Source: an uncultured Fibrobacterota bacterium
GTDB lineage: Bacteria; Fibrobacterota; CAYVZU01
DNA length: 64,000 nt
Direction: 5' to 3'
Assembly: GCA_964455935.1 (NCBI GenBank)
Contig: CAYVZU010000001.1
Coordinates: 55,142 to 119,141, forward strand
How positions within the stretch are numbered: the first letter of the stretch is position 1; each line of letters begins with the position of its first letter. Positions 28,819 through 38,909 of this stretch are shown here, in pieces. Below the pieces are notes generated by a model. The model saw only the letters and a program-made list of their open reading frames with translations, was not told the DNA's origin and did not search any database. Both the position numbers and the translations under genes were made by a program.

Positions 28819-29677
28819 GTCTTCGGAGAGCGGACAGATCCTGCTTGCCGCGGTGGCCTTGCTGCCGTTGTTATTGACTGTCGCGCTCTACGTCTACCAC
28901 CATGGCATTGTCGGGGCCAACCGGATGGACCTGGAAAACATTGCCGATGCGGCGGCCATGGTGGGTGCAATCGAGCAGGCCCGCCACTTCAACGCGGTGG
29001 CCGAGGTGAATCGGCGCATCATGAAGGCGATTGAAGAGGTCCCCAAAAGCTACAAATGGCCCCTGGGTTGCTGGCAATGTTCAAAATGGAACCTTCCCTT
29101 GCAGATCCAGAGGGATTGGCAGGAGCTTCAGGAAGAAATCGAGACTCTGGCGCGCCAACAGGACCAGGTGATCTCGCAGGCCTCCCAGGCCTGCTCCACC
29201 GCGGTGCTTGACTACATTGAATCCGTGAACAAACAGCGCGGATACGACTCCAATCCCGTCGTGATCGATTCCCTGTCGAGTTTCTACTTCTCCAATATCG
29301 GCTACAATCGCCTCGACACCTTCTACACGGTTGTGTATTGGTATACAAAAGCAAATGGGGCAAAATGCGACTGCTGCCGGCCCAAATATTGCGGCCCGGC
29401 AAGCCTTGAACTGCCCGGTGCCATGATCTATCATTTCGATAACGAGAACGAGCCGGTGGTACGGGTGAGCCTGCGCCACGAGATTACCGATGACATTGCC
29501 TTGCGCTTTTTTGGCATACGGAACCGGCAAATCAAGTTCCGCGACATCGTGGCCTGCGCAACCTCCCGGGCCAGGGTTTCAGGACAAGAGGGGACGTTTT
29601 TCAATTATGGATGGAATTACAAAGCCAATTCCTTTAAGGCGGCATTGATCAATGTTGCGCAAGAGAAGCAAAGCTGA
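28778..29677 (+). CDS. TadG/Tad_N-like pilus assembly protein
   Basis: N-terminal SGQILLAAVALLPLLLTVALYV, then a ~270-aa variable domain. Confidence 0.5.
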   Translation: MATTPDMSMCSGNRSSESGQILLAAVALLPLLLTVALYVYHHGIVGANRMDLENIADAAAMVGAIEQARHFNAVAEVNRRIMKAIEEVPKSYKWPLGCWQCSKWNLPLQIQRDWQELQEEIETLARQQDQVISQASQACSTAVLDYIESVNKQRGYDSNPVVIDSLSSFYFSNIGYNRLDTFYTVVYWYTKANGAKCDCCRPKYCGPASLELPGAMIYHFDNENEPVVRVSLRHEITDDIALRFFGIRNRQIKFRDIVACATSRARVSGQEGTFFNYGWNYKANSFKAALINVAQEKQS

Positions 29678-29888
29678 TCGCGGCGAACTGCTGGTCGAAT
29701 ACGTCCTGATCTCGGCCATTGTTGTGGCCGGCATCGCCGGCGCGATCAAACTGCTTCAGCGGCAATTCATATCGAATTCCCTGTATATGTCGGAGTGCGT
29801 GGCCAAAGGGAAAAAAGCGCGTGTGCAAGTCGTGGATACGGATCTGTATCTACGGGGCCACAAGGACATGTCGGACTTTTATCGCTGA
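29652..29888 (+). CDS. flp: Flp-family type IVb pilin
   Basis: Leader plus G|ELLVEYVLISAIVVAGIAG matches the Flp G/xxxxEY processing motif. Confidence 0.6.
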   Translation: MLRKRSKADRGELLVEYVLISAIVVAGIAGAIKLLQRQFISNSLYMSECVAKGKKARVQVVDTDLYLRGHKDMSDFYR

Positions 29889-29920
29889 GAATAGCAGGAC
29901 ACAACCAAGAAGGAGGTCCT

Positions 29921-30184
29921 ATGCGGACGAAAATGGGGCGATGTTTGCGGACTCTGCGCAACCAGAAGGGCGTTTCGGACCTGGTGACCATGGTATTAAT
30001 CATTTCGCTGGTGGCTATTGCATCGGTAGCCACGCTTACTCTTTTCTCAGATACAATCAAAGACGCATTCACGGGGATCATCAAGGTCATGACCGGTCAG
30101 AGTCACGACATGAAGGACCGGTCCTCGGAAATCAAAATGGGAAACCAGATGGATGATGTCTTCCATCAGGAATCAGGCAATTAA
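29921..30184 (+). CDS. Flp-like pilin paralog with non-canonical processing motif
   Basis: KG|VSDLVTMVLIISLVAIASVA is Flp-like but has TM in place of EY. Strong SD AAGGAGG upstream. Confidence 0.5.
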   Translation: MRTKMGRCLRTLRNQKGVSDLVTMVLIISLVAIASVATLTLFSDTIKDAFTGIIKVMTGQSHDMKDRSSEIKMGNQMDDVFHQESGN

Positions 30185-30312
30185 TAAATTCCCGGACAGC
30201 GGCCTTTCCATGAGTTCCTGCGGGTGGAAGGATGCCGCATCCATATTAGAAAAAAAGCGGAAAGTATAATGCCTTTACCTGAGCGCATCAACCGCGAAAG
30301 GCCCGGTGTTCC

Positions 30313-33300
30313 ATGGTAGCCAGGGGAATTCGGCCGTGGCTGGCCGGCGCGGCCATTTCGGCATGGGCCGTTTGCGCCGCCGCCTACGATGTGGCGTCGT
30401 CATGCTGGAATCCCATATGCAGCGGATCAAGCTGCCTGCTGGATGGAATTACGGTCAACGACATCGAGGTTCTTACCGATAGGATTCTTTTCGTGGCAGG
30501 CGGCGATCAGTTGTCCACGACCGATGGAGGAATTTACCACACCGGCGACGGCGGAGTGTCCTGGAACCGGGTCATCCTGGGAAGCGAAGAGGCCCGCGTC
30601 AACTGCATCCGGCGAATTAATGGGAGTTGGTATGCGGGCGTGGATGCGGCGCCGGCCAAGAATTTTTCCGGGCTCTGGAAAAGCAACGACGGATTGACCT
30701 GGACCGAGTATATGCAAGGCGCGTTTTTGAACACGGAAGTGTACGATGTTGCCGCCGGTCCAGACGGTATTTATGTCGGTTTGGGATTGGCGGGCAACGC
30801 GCTTTTCCGGATTGCAGGCGATTCCGCCAAGGCCGTAGTGGGCCTGCCTTCTCAGCCGGTCTATGCGCTGTGCCGGGTGAGCGGGACCCTGTATGCGGGA
30901 ATCGGCAACGCCGTCTGGTCGATTGGGGCCGCTCCCGCCAAGGTGAGCCAGGATATGGCGGGCAACGTCCGCATGATCGCCGCCGACCCGGCGGCCACCG
31001 GCGCCTTCTATTTCGGAGTCATCGGGCCCGACCGGGCTGCAAGCCTGGCGGGGTTGTTCCGTTACAGCCCTTCGCAGGCGGGCCAGGGATCGATCCGCCG
31101 GATCGGGGCAAACGGTATCACCTCGCAGCAGGTCTGGGGGATTGGGTTCAACGGGCAGGACAAGTCGGAAGTGTACGTGGCCACCTTCCCGGACGCAATT
31201 ACCGGGTCCGACGGCGGCTTCTTCTATTCGAGGGACAGCGGCGCTACATGGGCCTCGAACAACTACGGATTGCGCAATTACTGCGCGGTTCGGGACATCG
31301 GAGTCGCCGACTCGACCATCTATATCGGCCTTGGATTTCAGGGCGGGCTGTATCGCCTTGTTCCCGGCCGCGCGAGCCCCTTTGTGACCAAAAGCTGGGA
31401 AACGCTGATCCGGGGCACGGCCGGGACCGACAAACTCCTCCAAAACCTCGCCCTGCGCGATTTGGGCGGAAGCACCACGCTGAAGATCCGCAAGAACATG
31501 GAAACGGGCGAGGTGAATCCGGTTTCGATCAAGGGCAAGGTGCAGGGCGGCATGGATTACCGGCTCTCGGTTTCCGCCGGAACCTCGCTCAAGCGCAGCT
31601 TGCCGCTGGAGGCGGCGGCCGAAGCCAATGCATCTGCCAGTGCGACATTTTACGCCGTGCCGTTCCTCAACGGGGAACTGAAAGTGGACATGGCGCAGCT
31701 CGCGGCCAAAGCCGAAGCGCCCCTGCAAATGACGGGTCTGGCAATGCTCGAAATGATCGCCAGCTATTCCAACAATTCATTTCTGATTTACGCGTCCAGC
31801 AAGCTGGAAACCTGGATTGCGGGGCCCAATTCCAATGTCTGGCAATCGCTGGGCTCGGTCATGCTGGGCCAGGGTTGCGAGGCGGGCATTGAGGCCGGCG
31901 CATCAGCCGCGGCCCAGGTCAGGATGCCGGATTTCAAGGATATCTCCGACGCGCTGGGCACCGTGGGGCTCGGCCGCATTGATGTGGCCAGCGCCAAGGC
32001 CTCCGGCGACGTCAGCTTTCGGTATTGGATCGAACGGTGCCGCCAGATTGTGCCGGCCTCCACCGCCGGGTGCACGACAAACTACCATTTCGAGCAGTCG
32101 TTCCAGTTCAGCGGGGTCCAGACCGCCCTCAACATTCCTCTGCGTCTCCCCATGAACCTGTCCTTCGACCGGCTTAACAAAACGCTCACAGCGCGAAATT
32201 ACCACCGGATGGCGGATGTAAAATGCGTGGGCACCGGAACCGGAGCGCAACAGGTCATCTCCGCCTCCCTTGAATTCGACGAGGCCCCCTATTGGACCTA
32301 CAATTATCAGGCCGCCACAGGGGACTCCAGAGGAAAAACCGAGTCCGGAATTTCCCGCACCCAATACGAAATCATGGGCCCCTCATCGAAGGATTTGATG
32401 GCAGCCCTCACGGCCGATTCCCGGATTTTTGCGATGATGGTCCCTCTGGGCCCATTTTTCGACAATTCGCCGGAGCGTGCCGTGGTTACCGGAAATTTCG
32501 GCAGCGAGAAGTCGGCGGTCGAGGCTTTTGCGCGGTCCATGGACAGCCTGCTTACGGCCTTCCCGACCTGCACGCTGCGCACGCGCGTCTGGGTGGAGAA
32601 CCGGGGCGAGGAAAGCAAGAATTTTTCCACGGACGACCTGGGAATTCCCATGCTCCGGGTCGCAGGCAAGGTGGGCTTGCGCACGGTGGTTTCACACGAC
32701 AAATATGTGATCAAACGCTACTACGACACGGGCCTGGGAAAAATGGCCGAGTACGGGCAGGCCTTTTCGGATCCTGGGACCAACAGCCTCGATTTTGTCA
32801 GCATGGTTCGTTCCACACTGGGCGAAACATGGGCGGGCTTCATGCAGAAACTGCAGGATTTGGGAGGAACCATCACCGGAATTCTGCGCGCGACCGGTAC
32901 CCCCAAAGTAGCCCGGGCTGCCGCGGCTCTGGATACTTCGTTCGTCCTGGTGACGGGGCCGGACACCAATGGAACGCTCCGGTTCTCGCTCAGCAGCGCG
33001 CCCGACTCGCTACATTTTGCCTACTTCTACGACAGCACCTTCATTCGGAGCCAATCTGTCGGTTTCGGCGGCATCTTCGAAATCCTTGCGGCCGCTGATT
33101 CGCTGCCGGCTACAGGAACGATCCGGATGCGTTACTCCCGCCCCGACGCGGCCGGCCTGGACGAAACGAAGATCGCGTTTTACCGGGAACTCCGGATTGC
33201 GGGGACGGACCAGTGGCGCTTCTGGGGCGGCCGGTGCGACACGTCCGCAAATCGGTGTTCCCTGACCGTTTCTTCGCTTTACAGTTTTACCCTGGGCTAT

Positions 33301-33927
33301 GACTCCGCCCCGCCGATCCTTCAGGGCTACAGGGAAGGAACCGCGCCCGCCGGGGACACGGTGAATCGCCGGATCGACCTTTGCCTTTATGACGCAATGA
33401 GCGGAATCGAACCATCCTCCATTTCGGTAACCCTCGACGGCGCGCCGCTGAGCGCGACATTTCGCGCCTTGCGCGATTCGGTTCTTCCCCTCGACAGCAG
33501 TGCAACATACGGGCACGACTCTGTATTCGTGACCTGCTCGCGCCAGACCGCGGAAGGGAAAAAGATCGTGCTTACGGTCTTGGACCGCAGCGGCAACCGC
33601 CTTGTAGACTCGATTTCCTTGCCCAGCACAGGCTCACTCACGTTGAGCGACATTGCCTGCTATCCGAATCCTTCCAAGGCGGATGTTTTCTTCTCCTTCC
33701 GGGCATCGGCGACCTGCAAGGTCAGGCTGTATATCCTCACATTGAGCGGGGAACGGGTGCGGGATTTTGATCTCAATGCAGCCTGGGGTGCCAACGAAAT
33801 CCATTGGGATGGGCGAAACGGCGCGGGTCGAAAGGTAAGCCCGGGCGTCTACTACTACAGGTTGAAAGCGTCCAGCGAGCAGGGCGGCTCCTTCGAGGCC
33901 CTGAAAAGATTGGCGATTACGCGATGA
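30313..33927 (+). CDS. 1204-aa secreted BNR/Asp-box-repeat surface protein with T9SS-type (Por_Secre_tail / FlgD-Ig-like) C-terminal sorting domain
   Basis: Signal peptide. Asp-box repeats STTDGGIYHTGDGGVSW, SNDGLTW and SRDSGATW. C-terminus YPNPSKADVFFSF...VRLYILTLSGERV...WDGRNGAGRKVSPGVYYYRLKA fits the T9SS CTD consensus. Confidence 0.7.
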   Translation: MVARGIRPWLAGAAISAWAVCAAAYDVASSCWNPICSGSSCLLDGITVNDIEVLTDRILFVAGGDQLSTTDGGIYHTGDGGVSWNRVILGSEEARVNCIRRINGSWYAGVDAAPAKNFSGLWKSNDGLTWTEYMQGAFLNTEVYDVAAGPDGIYVGLGLAGNALFRIAGDSAKAVVGLPSQPVYALCRVSGTLYAGIGNAVWSIGAAPAKVSQDMAGNVRMIAADPAATGAFYFGVIGPDRAASLAGLFRYSPSQAGQGSIRRIGANGITSQQVWGIGFNGQDKSEVYVATFPDAITGSDGGFFYSRDSGATWASNNYGLRNYCAVRDIGVADSTIYIGLGFQGGLYRLVPGRASPFVTKSWETLIRGTAGTDKLLQNLALRDLGGSTTLKIRKNMETGEVNPVSIKGKVQGGMDYRLSVSAGTSLKRSLPLEAAAEANASASATFYAVPFLNGELKVDMAQLAAKAEAPLQMTGLAMLEMIASYSNNSFLIYASSKLETWIAGPNSNVWQSLGSVMLGQGCEAGIEAGASAAAQVRMPDFKDISDALGTVGLGRIDVASAKASGDVSFRYWIERCRQIVPASTAGCTTNYHFEQSFQFSGVQTALNIPLRLPMNLSFDRLNKTLTARNYHRMADVKCVGTGTGAQQVISASLEFDEAPYWTYNYQAATGDSRGKTESGISRTQYEIMGPSSKDLMAALTADSRIFAMMVPLGPFFDNSPERAVVTGNFGSEKSAVEAFARSMDSLLTAFPTCTLRTRVWVENRGEESKNFSTDDLGIPMLRVAGKVGLRTVVSHDKYVIKRYYDTGLGKMAEYGQAFSDPGTNSLDFVSMVRSTLGETWAGFMQKLQDLGGTITGILRATGTPKVARAAAALDTSFVLVTGPDTNGTLRFSLSSAPDSLHFAYFYDSTFIRSQSVGFGGIFEILAAADSLPATGTIRMRYSRPDAAGLDETKIAFYRELRIAGTDQWRFWGGRCDTSANRCSLTVSSLYSFTLGYDSAPPILQGYREGTAPAGDTVNRRIDLCLYDAMSGIEPSSISVTLDGAPLSATFRALRDSVLPLDSSATYGHDSVFVTCSRQTAEGKKIVLTVLDRSGNRLVDSISLPSTGSLTLSDIACYPNPSKADVFFSFRASATCKVRLYILTLSGERVRDFDLNAAWGANEIHWDGRNGAGRKVSPGVYYYRLKASSEQGGSFEALKRLAITR

Positions 33928-35111
33928 CAAAAACAGCATGGATGATCCTCTTTGCCGCGGGGCTTGGGCTCGCCCTGGATTCGCCCACGGACTACACGGG
34001 CGCAACCGCCTGCAATTTCCTGAAAATACCGCCCACCGCAGCGGGGGCCGGCCTGGCCGGCGCCGTCGTGGCGGAAAAGGGCAGCCTGGCAAATTTGTAT
34101 TCCAATCCGGCCGCATTATCCACCATCGATGTCCACACCTTCACGGCCTCACATGTTTGGTACCACGATTCCGTCTCTCTGGAATATGCCGCCGTGGCCC
34201 TGCCCGTCCCCCACCGCGGCACGCTGGCCGTTTCGGGCGGAGGCCTTTTCATGAAACCCATGGCGCGGACGGTTCAAAATCCGGCGGGCGGATACCTTCA
34301 GGACGGAGAATTCACCGCCCACAGCGGATTTGGCGCCCTCAGCTATGCGTATGCAATGAACCGCAATTCGCACCTGGGCGTTACCACGAAATTCCTGATC
34401 GAATCCATCGACGAGAACTCGGCCTATACCTTTGCCTGGGATTTCGGATACGAGGTCCTGGCCGGGGATTTTAGCGCCGGCCTCAGCCTTAGCCACCTGG
34501 GCCTGGCTATGAAGTACGGCGACGAGAATTTCGCGCTGCCGGTCAGCCTGCAGGCGGGCGGCGCGCTTTCCCTTTTGGGTAACAAGCTCCGCAACTACGC
34601 ATCTGTGGAAATTCAGAGCGACAACATCCCTGTTGTTCGCCTGGGTGTTGCCTACAGGATGCATTCAGCCTTGCGGGTGCGGGCTGGCTACCGGTTCGGG
34701 CAGAACGAGAGCGCGTGGGACGGGATTTCGGCCGGATTGGGTCTGGTCTGGAACAACGCAGCCCTGGACTATTCGCTTGCCCCCGCCGCCCTGCTTGGAG
34801 TGAGTCACCGCATATCGCTGTCCCTGCGTTTCGGGGCCAAAACGGACAATTTTTTTGACGCGTCCAAGGCGGCGGATTTCGGCCGCGCAGAATTAAAACC
34901 GATTGTCTCCGCCCCGGAGCCAAAGGACGATGCCCAGGCAACCGAGGCCTACGAACTGGGCGTGCGCTATGAACAAGACCTCAACGACATTCCTTCGGCG
35001 ATCGCAAAATGGAAACAGGCCCAGGCGCTTTCGACCTCGGTCCAGACCGAAACCTACAAAAAGGCAGCCCGGAAGCTGCAAAAATATCAGACCAGCGGCA
35101 AATCGCAATAG
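33924..35111 (+). CDS. PorV/UPF0164-like outer-membrane beta-barrel
   Basis: Signal peptide. N-terminal FLKIPPTAAGAGLAGAVVA...NPAAL resembles the PorV/LptO family motif. ~395 aa barrel. ATGA-coupled to the upstream CTD protein. Confidence 0.5.
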   Translation: MTKTAWMILFAAGLGLALDSPTDYTGATACNFLKIPPTAAGAGLAGAVVAEKGSLANLYSNPAALSTIDVHTFTASHVWYHDSVSLEYAAVALPVPHRGTLAVSGGGLFMKPMARTVQNPAGGYLQDGEFTAHSGFGALSYAYAMNRNSHLGVTTKFLIESIDENSAYTFAWDFGYEVLAGDFSAGLSLSHLGLAMKYGDENFALPVSLQAGGALSLLGNKLRNYASVEIQSDNIPVVRLGVAYRMHSALRVRAGYRFGQNESAWDGISAGLGLVWNNAALDYSLAPAALLGVSHRISLSLRFGAKTDNFFDASKAADFGRAELKPIVSAPEPKDDAQATEAYELGVRYEQDLNDIPSAIAKWKQAQALSTSVQTETYKKAARKLQKYQTSGKSQ

Positions 35112-35138
35112 GCTCCGGGGCCATCACAGGGGGGGATT

Positions 35139-35966
35139 ATGGCCGGAAATTCCATGCTGACCGAAGCCGCGGGCGTCTGGTCCGGCCTTCGAGAGAAGGT
35201 GGAACGCCTTGGCGACCAGAAATCGCTGCTCTTGGCCGCGGCCGTCGGGATCGGGGGCATTCTGCTGGTCCAATTCTATTTCATCGCCCGTGAGCGGGAA
35301 ATCGGAGGCTTCTCCAAAGTTGTCGTAGCCTCGCGGGACCTGAAGGCCGGCACCCGGCTTTCGCGCGATATGCTGACCGTGGGGTCCTTCCCCGAACGAT
35401 ACCTGGAGTCCAAGAACATCCGGCCCAATTCACTCCCGCTCCTGCTTGGCCAGAAAACCATTGTCCCCATCCGCACCGGCCGGCCGTTTCTGTGGGACTA
35501 TGTTCTCACCCAGGAATCCACAAACTTTTCCGACAAGTTGGCTGAGGGCGAGCGCGCCTACACCATCGCGGTCGACAAGACCAGCGGTGTGGGTGGGTTC
35601 ATCCAGCCCAACGACCGAGTCGACATTGTAGGTACATTCCAAATCCCGGGTGACGGCGAGGTCCTGAATGAAGTCAATCTCGTGCTGATGCAGAGCGTGA
35701 CGGTCCTGGCCGTGGGCGAGAAGACCAACAGCTTCGGCGTGAATTCGCACTACGGCAGCCTGACTTTGAAACTGGCCTCGGTCAAAGAGGCCCAGATCCT
35801 TTCCTTCGCCATGCGCAAGGGCAAAATCGAGTTTCTGCTTCGCAACAGCCGCGACGTTGCCATTGAAGACACGACGCAGCAGGTCAAGCTTAACTCCATT
35901 CTAACGGATGTCATGTATGCGCGCAAAATCCGCGGGATCCGGTCGCTGATCCGGTACGATAAATAG
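35139..35966 (+). CDS. cpaB: Flp pilus assembly protein CpaB/RcpC
   Basis: N-terminal TM helix, SAF-like VVVASRDLKAGTRL, and RcpC C-terminal domain. Confidence 0.75.
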   Translation: MAGNSMLTEAAGVWSGLREKVERLGDQKSLLLAAAVGIGGILLVQFYFIAREREIGGFSKVVVASRDLKAGTRLSRDMLTVGSFPERYLESKNIRPNSLPLLLGQKTIVPIRTGRPFLWDYVLTQESTNFSDKLAEGERAYTIAVDKTSGVGGFIQPNDRVDIVGTFQIPGDGEVLNEVNLVLMQSVTVLAVGEKTNSFGVNSHYGSLTLKLASVKEAQILSFAMRKGKIEFLLRNSRDVAIEDTTQQVKLNSILTDVMYARKIRGIRSLIRYDK

Positions 35967-35977
35967 AGGGAGCCATT

Positions 35978-37201
35978 GTGAAACGAATTTGCCTCATCCC
36001 GGAAATTGCGCTGCTTCTGTTTGTGTCGACCTGGGCAGCTGCCTACAGCTCGTACGATGTTATTGTGGGCGGCCGCATCACGATTTCCGAAAGCGACGTC
36101 GCGGAGGTGAACGTATCGGACCAGAATATAGTCCGGGTGAATATGGCCCAGAATGGACTGCTGGTCACCGGGGTCGCCGAAGGGACCGGCGCAATTAGCA
36201 TCACCCGTTCCAACGGCACCATCCGAACCATCCGGGTGAACGTATATTCCGAGAAGGCGCCCAAAGAGGTACAGGCCGAGGTCACATCGCTGCTGAAGGG
36301 CCGGGTTGATGAAATCAAGACGGACATTTTGGGCGGCGATGTCGTTCTCATGGGTACGGTGAATTCCTGGCGTGGCAAGGTGCTCCTGGACCGGATCAAG
36401 GAAATGTACCCGCAGATACAGGACCTGATCGACTACAAGGTTCCCAGGCCTTCGGTCCAGATCGACGTGCGCGTATACGAGATCGACGTGGATGGCGCCA
36501 GCAAAATCGGCATCGACTGGCAGGCTCTGACTGAGCACACGATCTCCTTCTTGGAGGACATGACCCGCCAATCAGACATCAATCAGGTCATGAAAGCGGG
36601 CCCCCTGGTGCGCCAGAACCCGTTTGACGCCACGATTCACACCATGATCAGCGACGGGGTGGCCCGGGAACTGGCCAAGCCCAAGCTGGTCACATCCAAC
36701 GGCGGCCAGGCCCGTTTCCGTGTTGGCGGAAAGGTACCCTACCGGATCCTCGACAAGGAAGGGAACGCTTCGGTCCAATTTCAGGATTACGGCATCGCCA
36801 TGGAGATCGAGCCCAGAATCGAGGCAATGGGGGGCCGCTACATCGATCTCAAGATGGGCCTGGAAATCAGCCATCTCGACTATACGGTGATGATCAGCGA
36901 CAATCCCGGACTCATCGTGCGCAGCAACGAAACGGATATCACGCTCCGCCATGGCGCCACCATGGCCATTGCCGGGCTTTTATTCACCCGCCGTGAGGAA
37001 CACCATGGGCGGCTGCCCATCCTGGGCCGGCTCCCCTGGCTGGGAAACTGGCTGTTCGGCTATACAAGCACAAAGGAGACAAGAGTGGAGACGCTGGTGC
37101 TTGTGACTCCGTATATCCTCATTGAAGGCAGCCAAATCGGGCTCGAAAGCCCCGGCGAATTCAAAGGCCAGCTTGAAGATGAATTCCGAACCCGTAAATG
37201 A
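35978..37201 (+). CDS. cpaC: Flp pilus secretin CpaC/RcpA
   Basis: Signal peptide, BON-like N domains, and secretin core with LVTSNGGQARF and ETLVLVTPYIL. Confidence 0.8.
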   Translation: MKRICLIPEIALLLFVSTWAAAYSSYDVIVGGRITISESDVAEVNVSDQNIVRVNMAQNGLLVTGVAEGTGAISITRSNGTIRTIRVNVYSEKAPKEVQAEVTSLLKGRVDEIKTDILGGDVVLMGTVNSWRGKVLLDRIKEMYPQIQDLIDYKVPRPSVQIDVRVYEIDVDGASKIGIDWQALTEHTISFLEDMTRQSDINQVMKAGPLVRQNPFDATIHTMISDGVARELAKPKLVTSNGGQARFRVGGKVPYRILDKEGNASVQFQDYGIAMEIEPRIEAMGGRYIDLKMGLEISHLDYTVMISDNPGLIVRSNETDITLRHGATMAIAGLLFTRREEHHGRLPILGRLPWLGNWLFGYTSTKETRVETLVLVTPYILIEGSQIGLESPGEFKGQLEDEFRTRK

Positions 37202-38909
37202 CTCCGGCCCGGGAGCCGTGCTCCGGGAACAGCACCTGCACATCTCCGTGCAGACCGCGCACGGAGAGACCCTGCAGCAGGCGGAGTTTCCCATTCCCGG
37301 CGAACGCGTTCGCATTGGCTCGGGGGGAGACAGCGATCTATTGGTGGAGGGTCTCGAGCCTTCTTGGGGTGTTCTTCATACGCAGCGCTGTCCCTGCCGC
37401 CTTGCGTGCTGCTCCGCCGGCGGCAGGCCCGGAGGCCGCATGTTCGAGATCACCGATTGCAGTTTTGTGGAAGCCGGCGGGGTTTATCTGGTTTTCGAAT
37501 TCCAGACGCGCGAAACACCCATGCTGGAATTTCGCCCCGGAGAGATGCTGCAGGCGGTTCTACGCCGGTACAGTCCGAAGCTTGCAGCCATAAAGGGCGT
37601 GGACCAATACGAGCAACTTGGGCCCGCCGCGCAGATTCAGCTGATCAAAATCCTGCTCAACACCGCCCTCCTGGACTCCCTGAATCTCCGCAAGATCAGC
37701 ATCGATGAGATGGGCACGGAGAAGCTCAACGAACTGGTCCAGCGCAAGATCGAGGCCCTTCTCCGCGATTTCCGGCCCGTCGTGAACGGCCGCATCGGGC
37801 AGGATGAGCTTAGAAAGGAGCTGCTTCACGATGTGCTGGGGTACGGGCCTATCACCGACTTTCTCCAAGACCCGGGCATCGACGAGGTCATGGTCAATCG
37901 CTACAACCAAATCTTCATCGAGCGCAACGGCCGCCTTGTCCTTACCCCGAACAGCTTTCTATCCGACGAACACGTGATCTTCGTGATTCAGCGCATGGTG
38001 CACAAGGTCGGCCGGACCCTCAATGAGAGCCGCCCCATTGTAGATGCGCGGCTCGCGGACGGCTCGCGCGTCAATGCAATCATCCCTCCGCTTTCCCTCA
38101 GCGGTCCCACGCTGACCATTCGGAAATTCAGCCGGCGCTTTCGCTTGGACGACCTGGTCGCCCGGGGTGCGCTGCCCAAAGCAATTGGCCGGTTTCTATC
38201 TCTGGCGGTCGGCTCGCGCCAGAACATGATCATTGCCGGGGGGACCGGATCCGGAAAGACTACCCTCCTCAATGTGGTGTCTTCCTTCATCCCTTGCAAC
38301 GAACGGATCGTCACCATTGAGGATTCGGCCGAGTTGAAGCTCGATCAGCCCCACGTGATCACACTGGAAACGCGCAATGCCAACATCGAAGGCCGGGGCC
38401 AGGTCGCCATTCGCGACCTGGTGCGGAATGCGTTGCGCATGCGGCCCGACCGGATCATTGTCGGCGAATGCCGGGGGGGCGAGGCGCTTGATATGCTGCA
38501 GGCCATGAACACCGGGCACGATGGCTCGCTGACGACCATTCATGCCAATTCCCCGTACGACACCATTTCGCGCTTGGAAACAATCGCCATGATGTCCGAC
38601 GTCGAACTTCCGGCCGCCACCATCCGCCGCCAGATCTGCTCGGCCATCAACCTGATCGTGCAAACTGAACGCTTTGCCGACGGCTCGCGCAAGCTGGTTT
38701 CCATCGCAGAAATCGCCGGAATGGAAGGCGATGCCCCGGTTCTGAAGGAGATTTTCTTTTTCAAACCGCAGGGCTATGATGCCGACCAGCGGATCCGGGG
38801 GACTTTCCAAGCCACGGGCTACGACCCATGCTTCATCCGCCAGCTTCGCGAAATCGGCCTGGAAACGGATGCCTCGCTGTTCCGCCAAGGGGAACTGAAT
38901 GAGGAATAA
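37179..38909 (+). CDS. cpaF: CpaF/TadA secretion ATPase with N-terminal FHA domain
   Basis: FHA-like N-terminus. Walker [10 protein letters not shown], Asp box, Walker [10 protein letters not shown], His box. Confidence 0.8.
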   Translation: MNSEPVNDSGPGAVLREQHLHISVQTAHGETLQQAEFPIPGERVRIGSGGDSDLLVEGLEPSWGVLHTQRCPCRLACCSAGGRPGGRMFEITDCSFVEAGGVYLVFEFQTRETPMLEFRPGEMLQAVLRRYSPKLAAIKGVDQYEQLGPAAQIQLIKILLNTALLDSLNLRKISIDEMGTEKLNELVQRKIEALLRDFRPVVNGRIGQDELRKELLHDVLGYGPITDFLQDPGIDEVMVNRYNQIFIERNGRLVLTPNSFLSDEHVIFVIQRMVHKVGRTLNESRPIVDARLADGSRVNAIIPPLSLSGPTLTIRKFSRRFRLDDLVARGALPKAIGRFLSLAVGSRQNMIIAGGTGSGKTTLLNVVSSFIPCNERIVTIEDSAELKLDQPHVITLETRNANIEGRGQVAIRDLVRNALRMRPDRIIVGECRGGEALDMLQAMNTGHDGSLTTIHANSPYDTISRLETIAMMSDVELPAATIRRQICSAINLIVQTERFADGSRKLVSIAEIAGMEGDAPVLKEIFFFKPQGYDADQRIRGTFQATGYDPCFIRQLREIGLETDASLFRQGELNEE

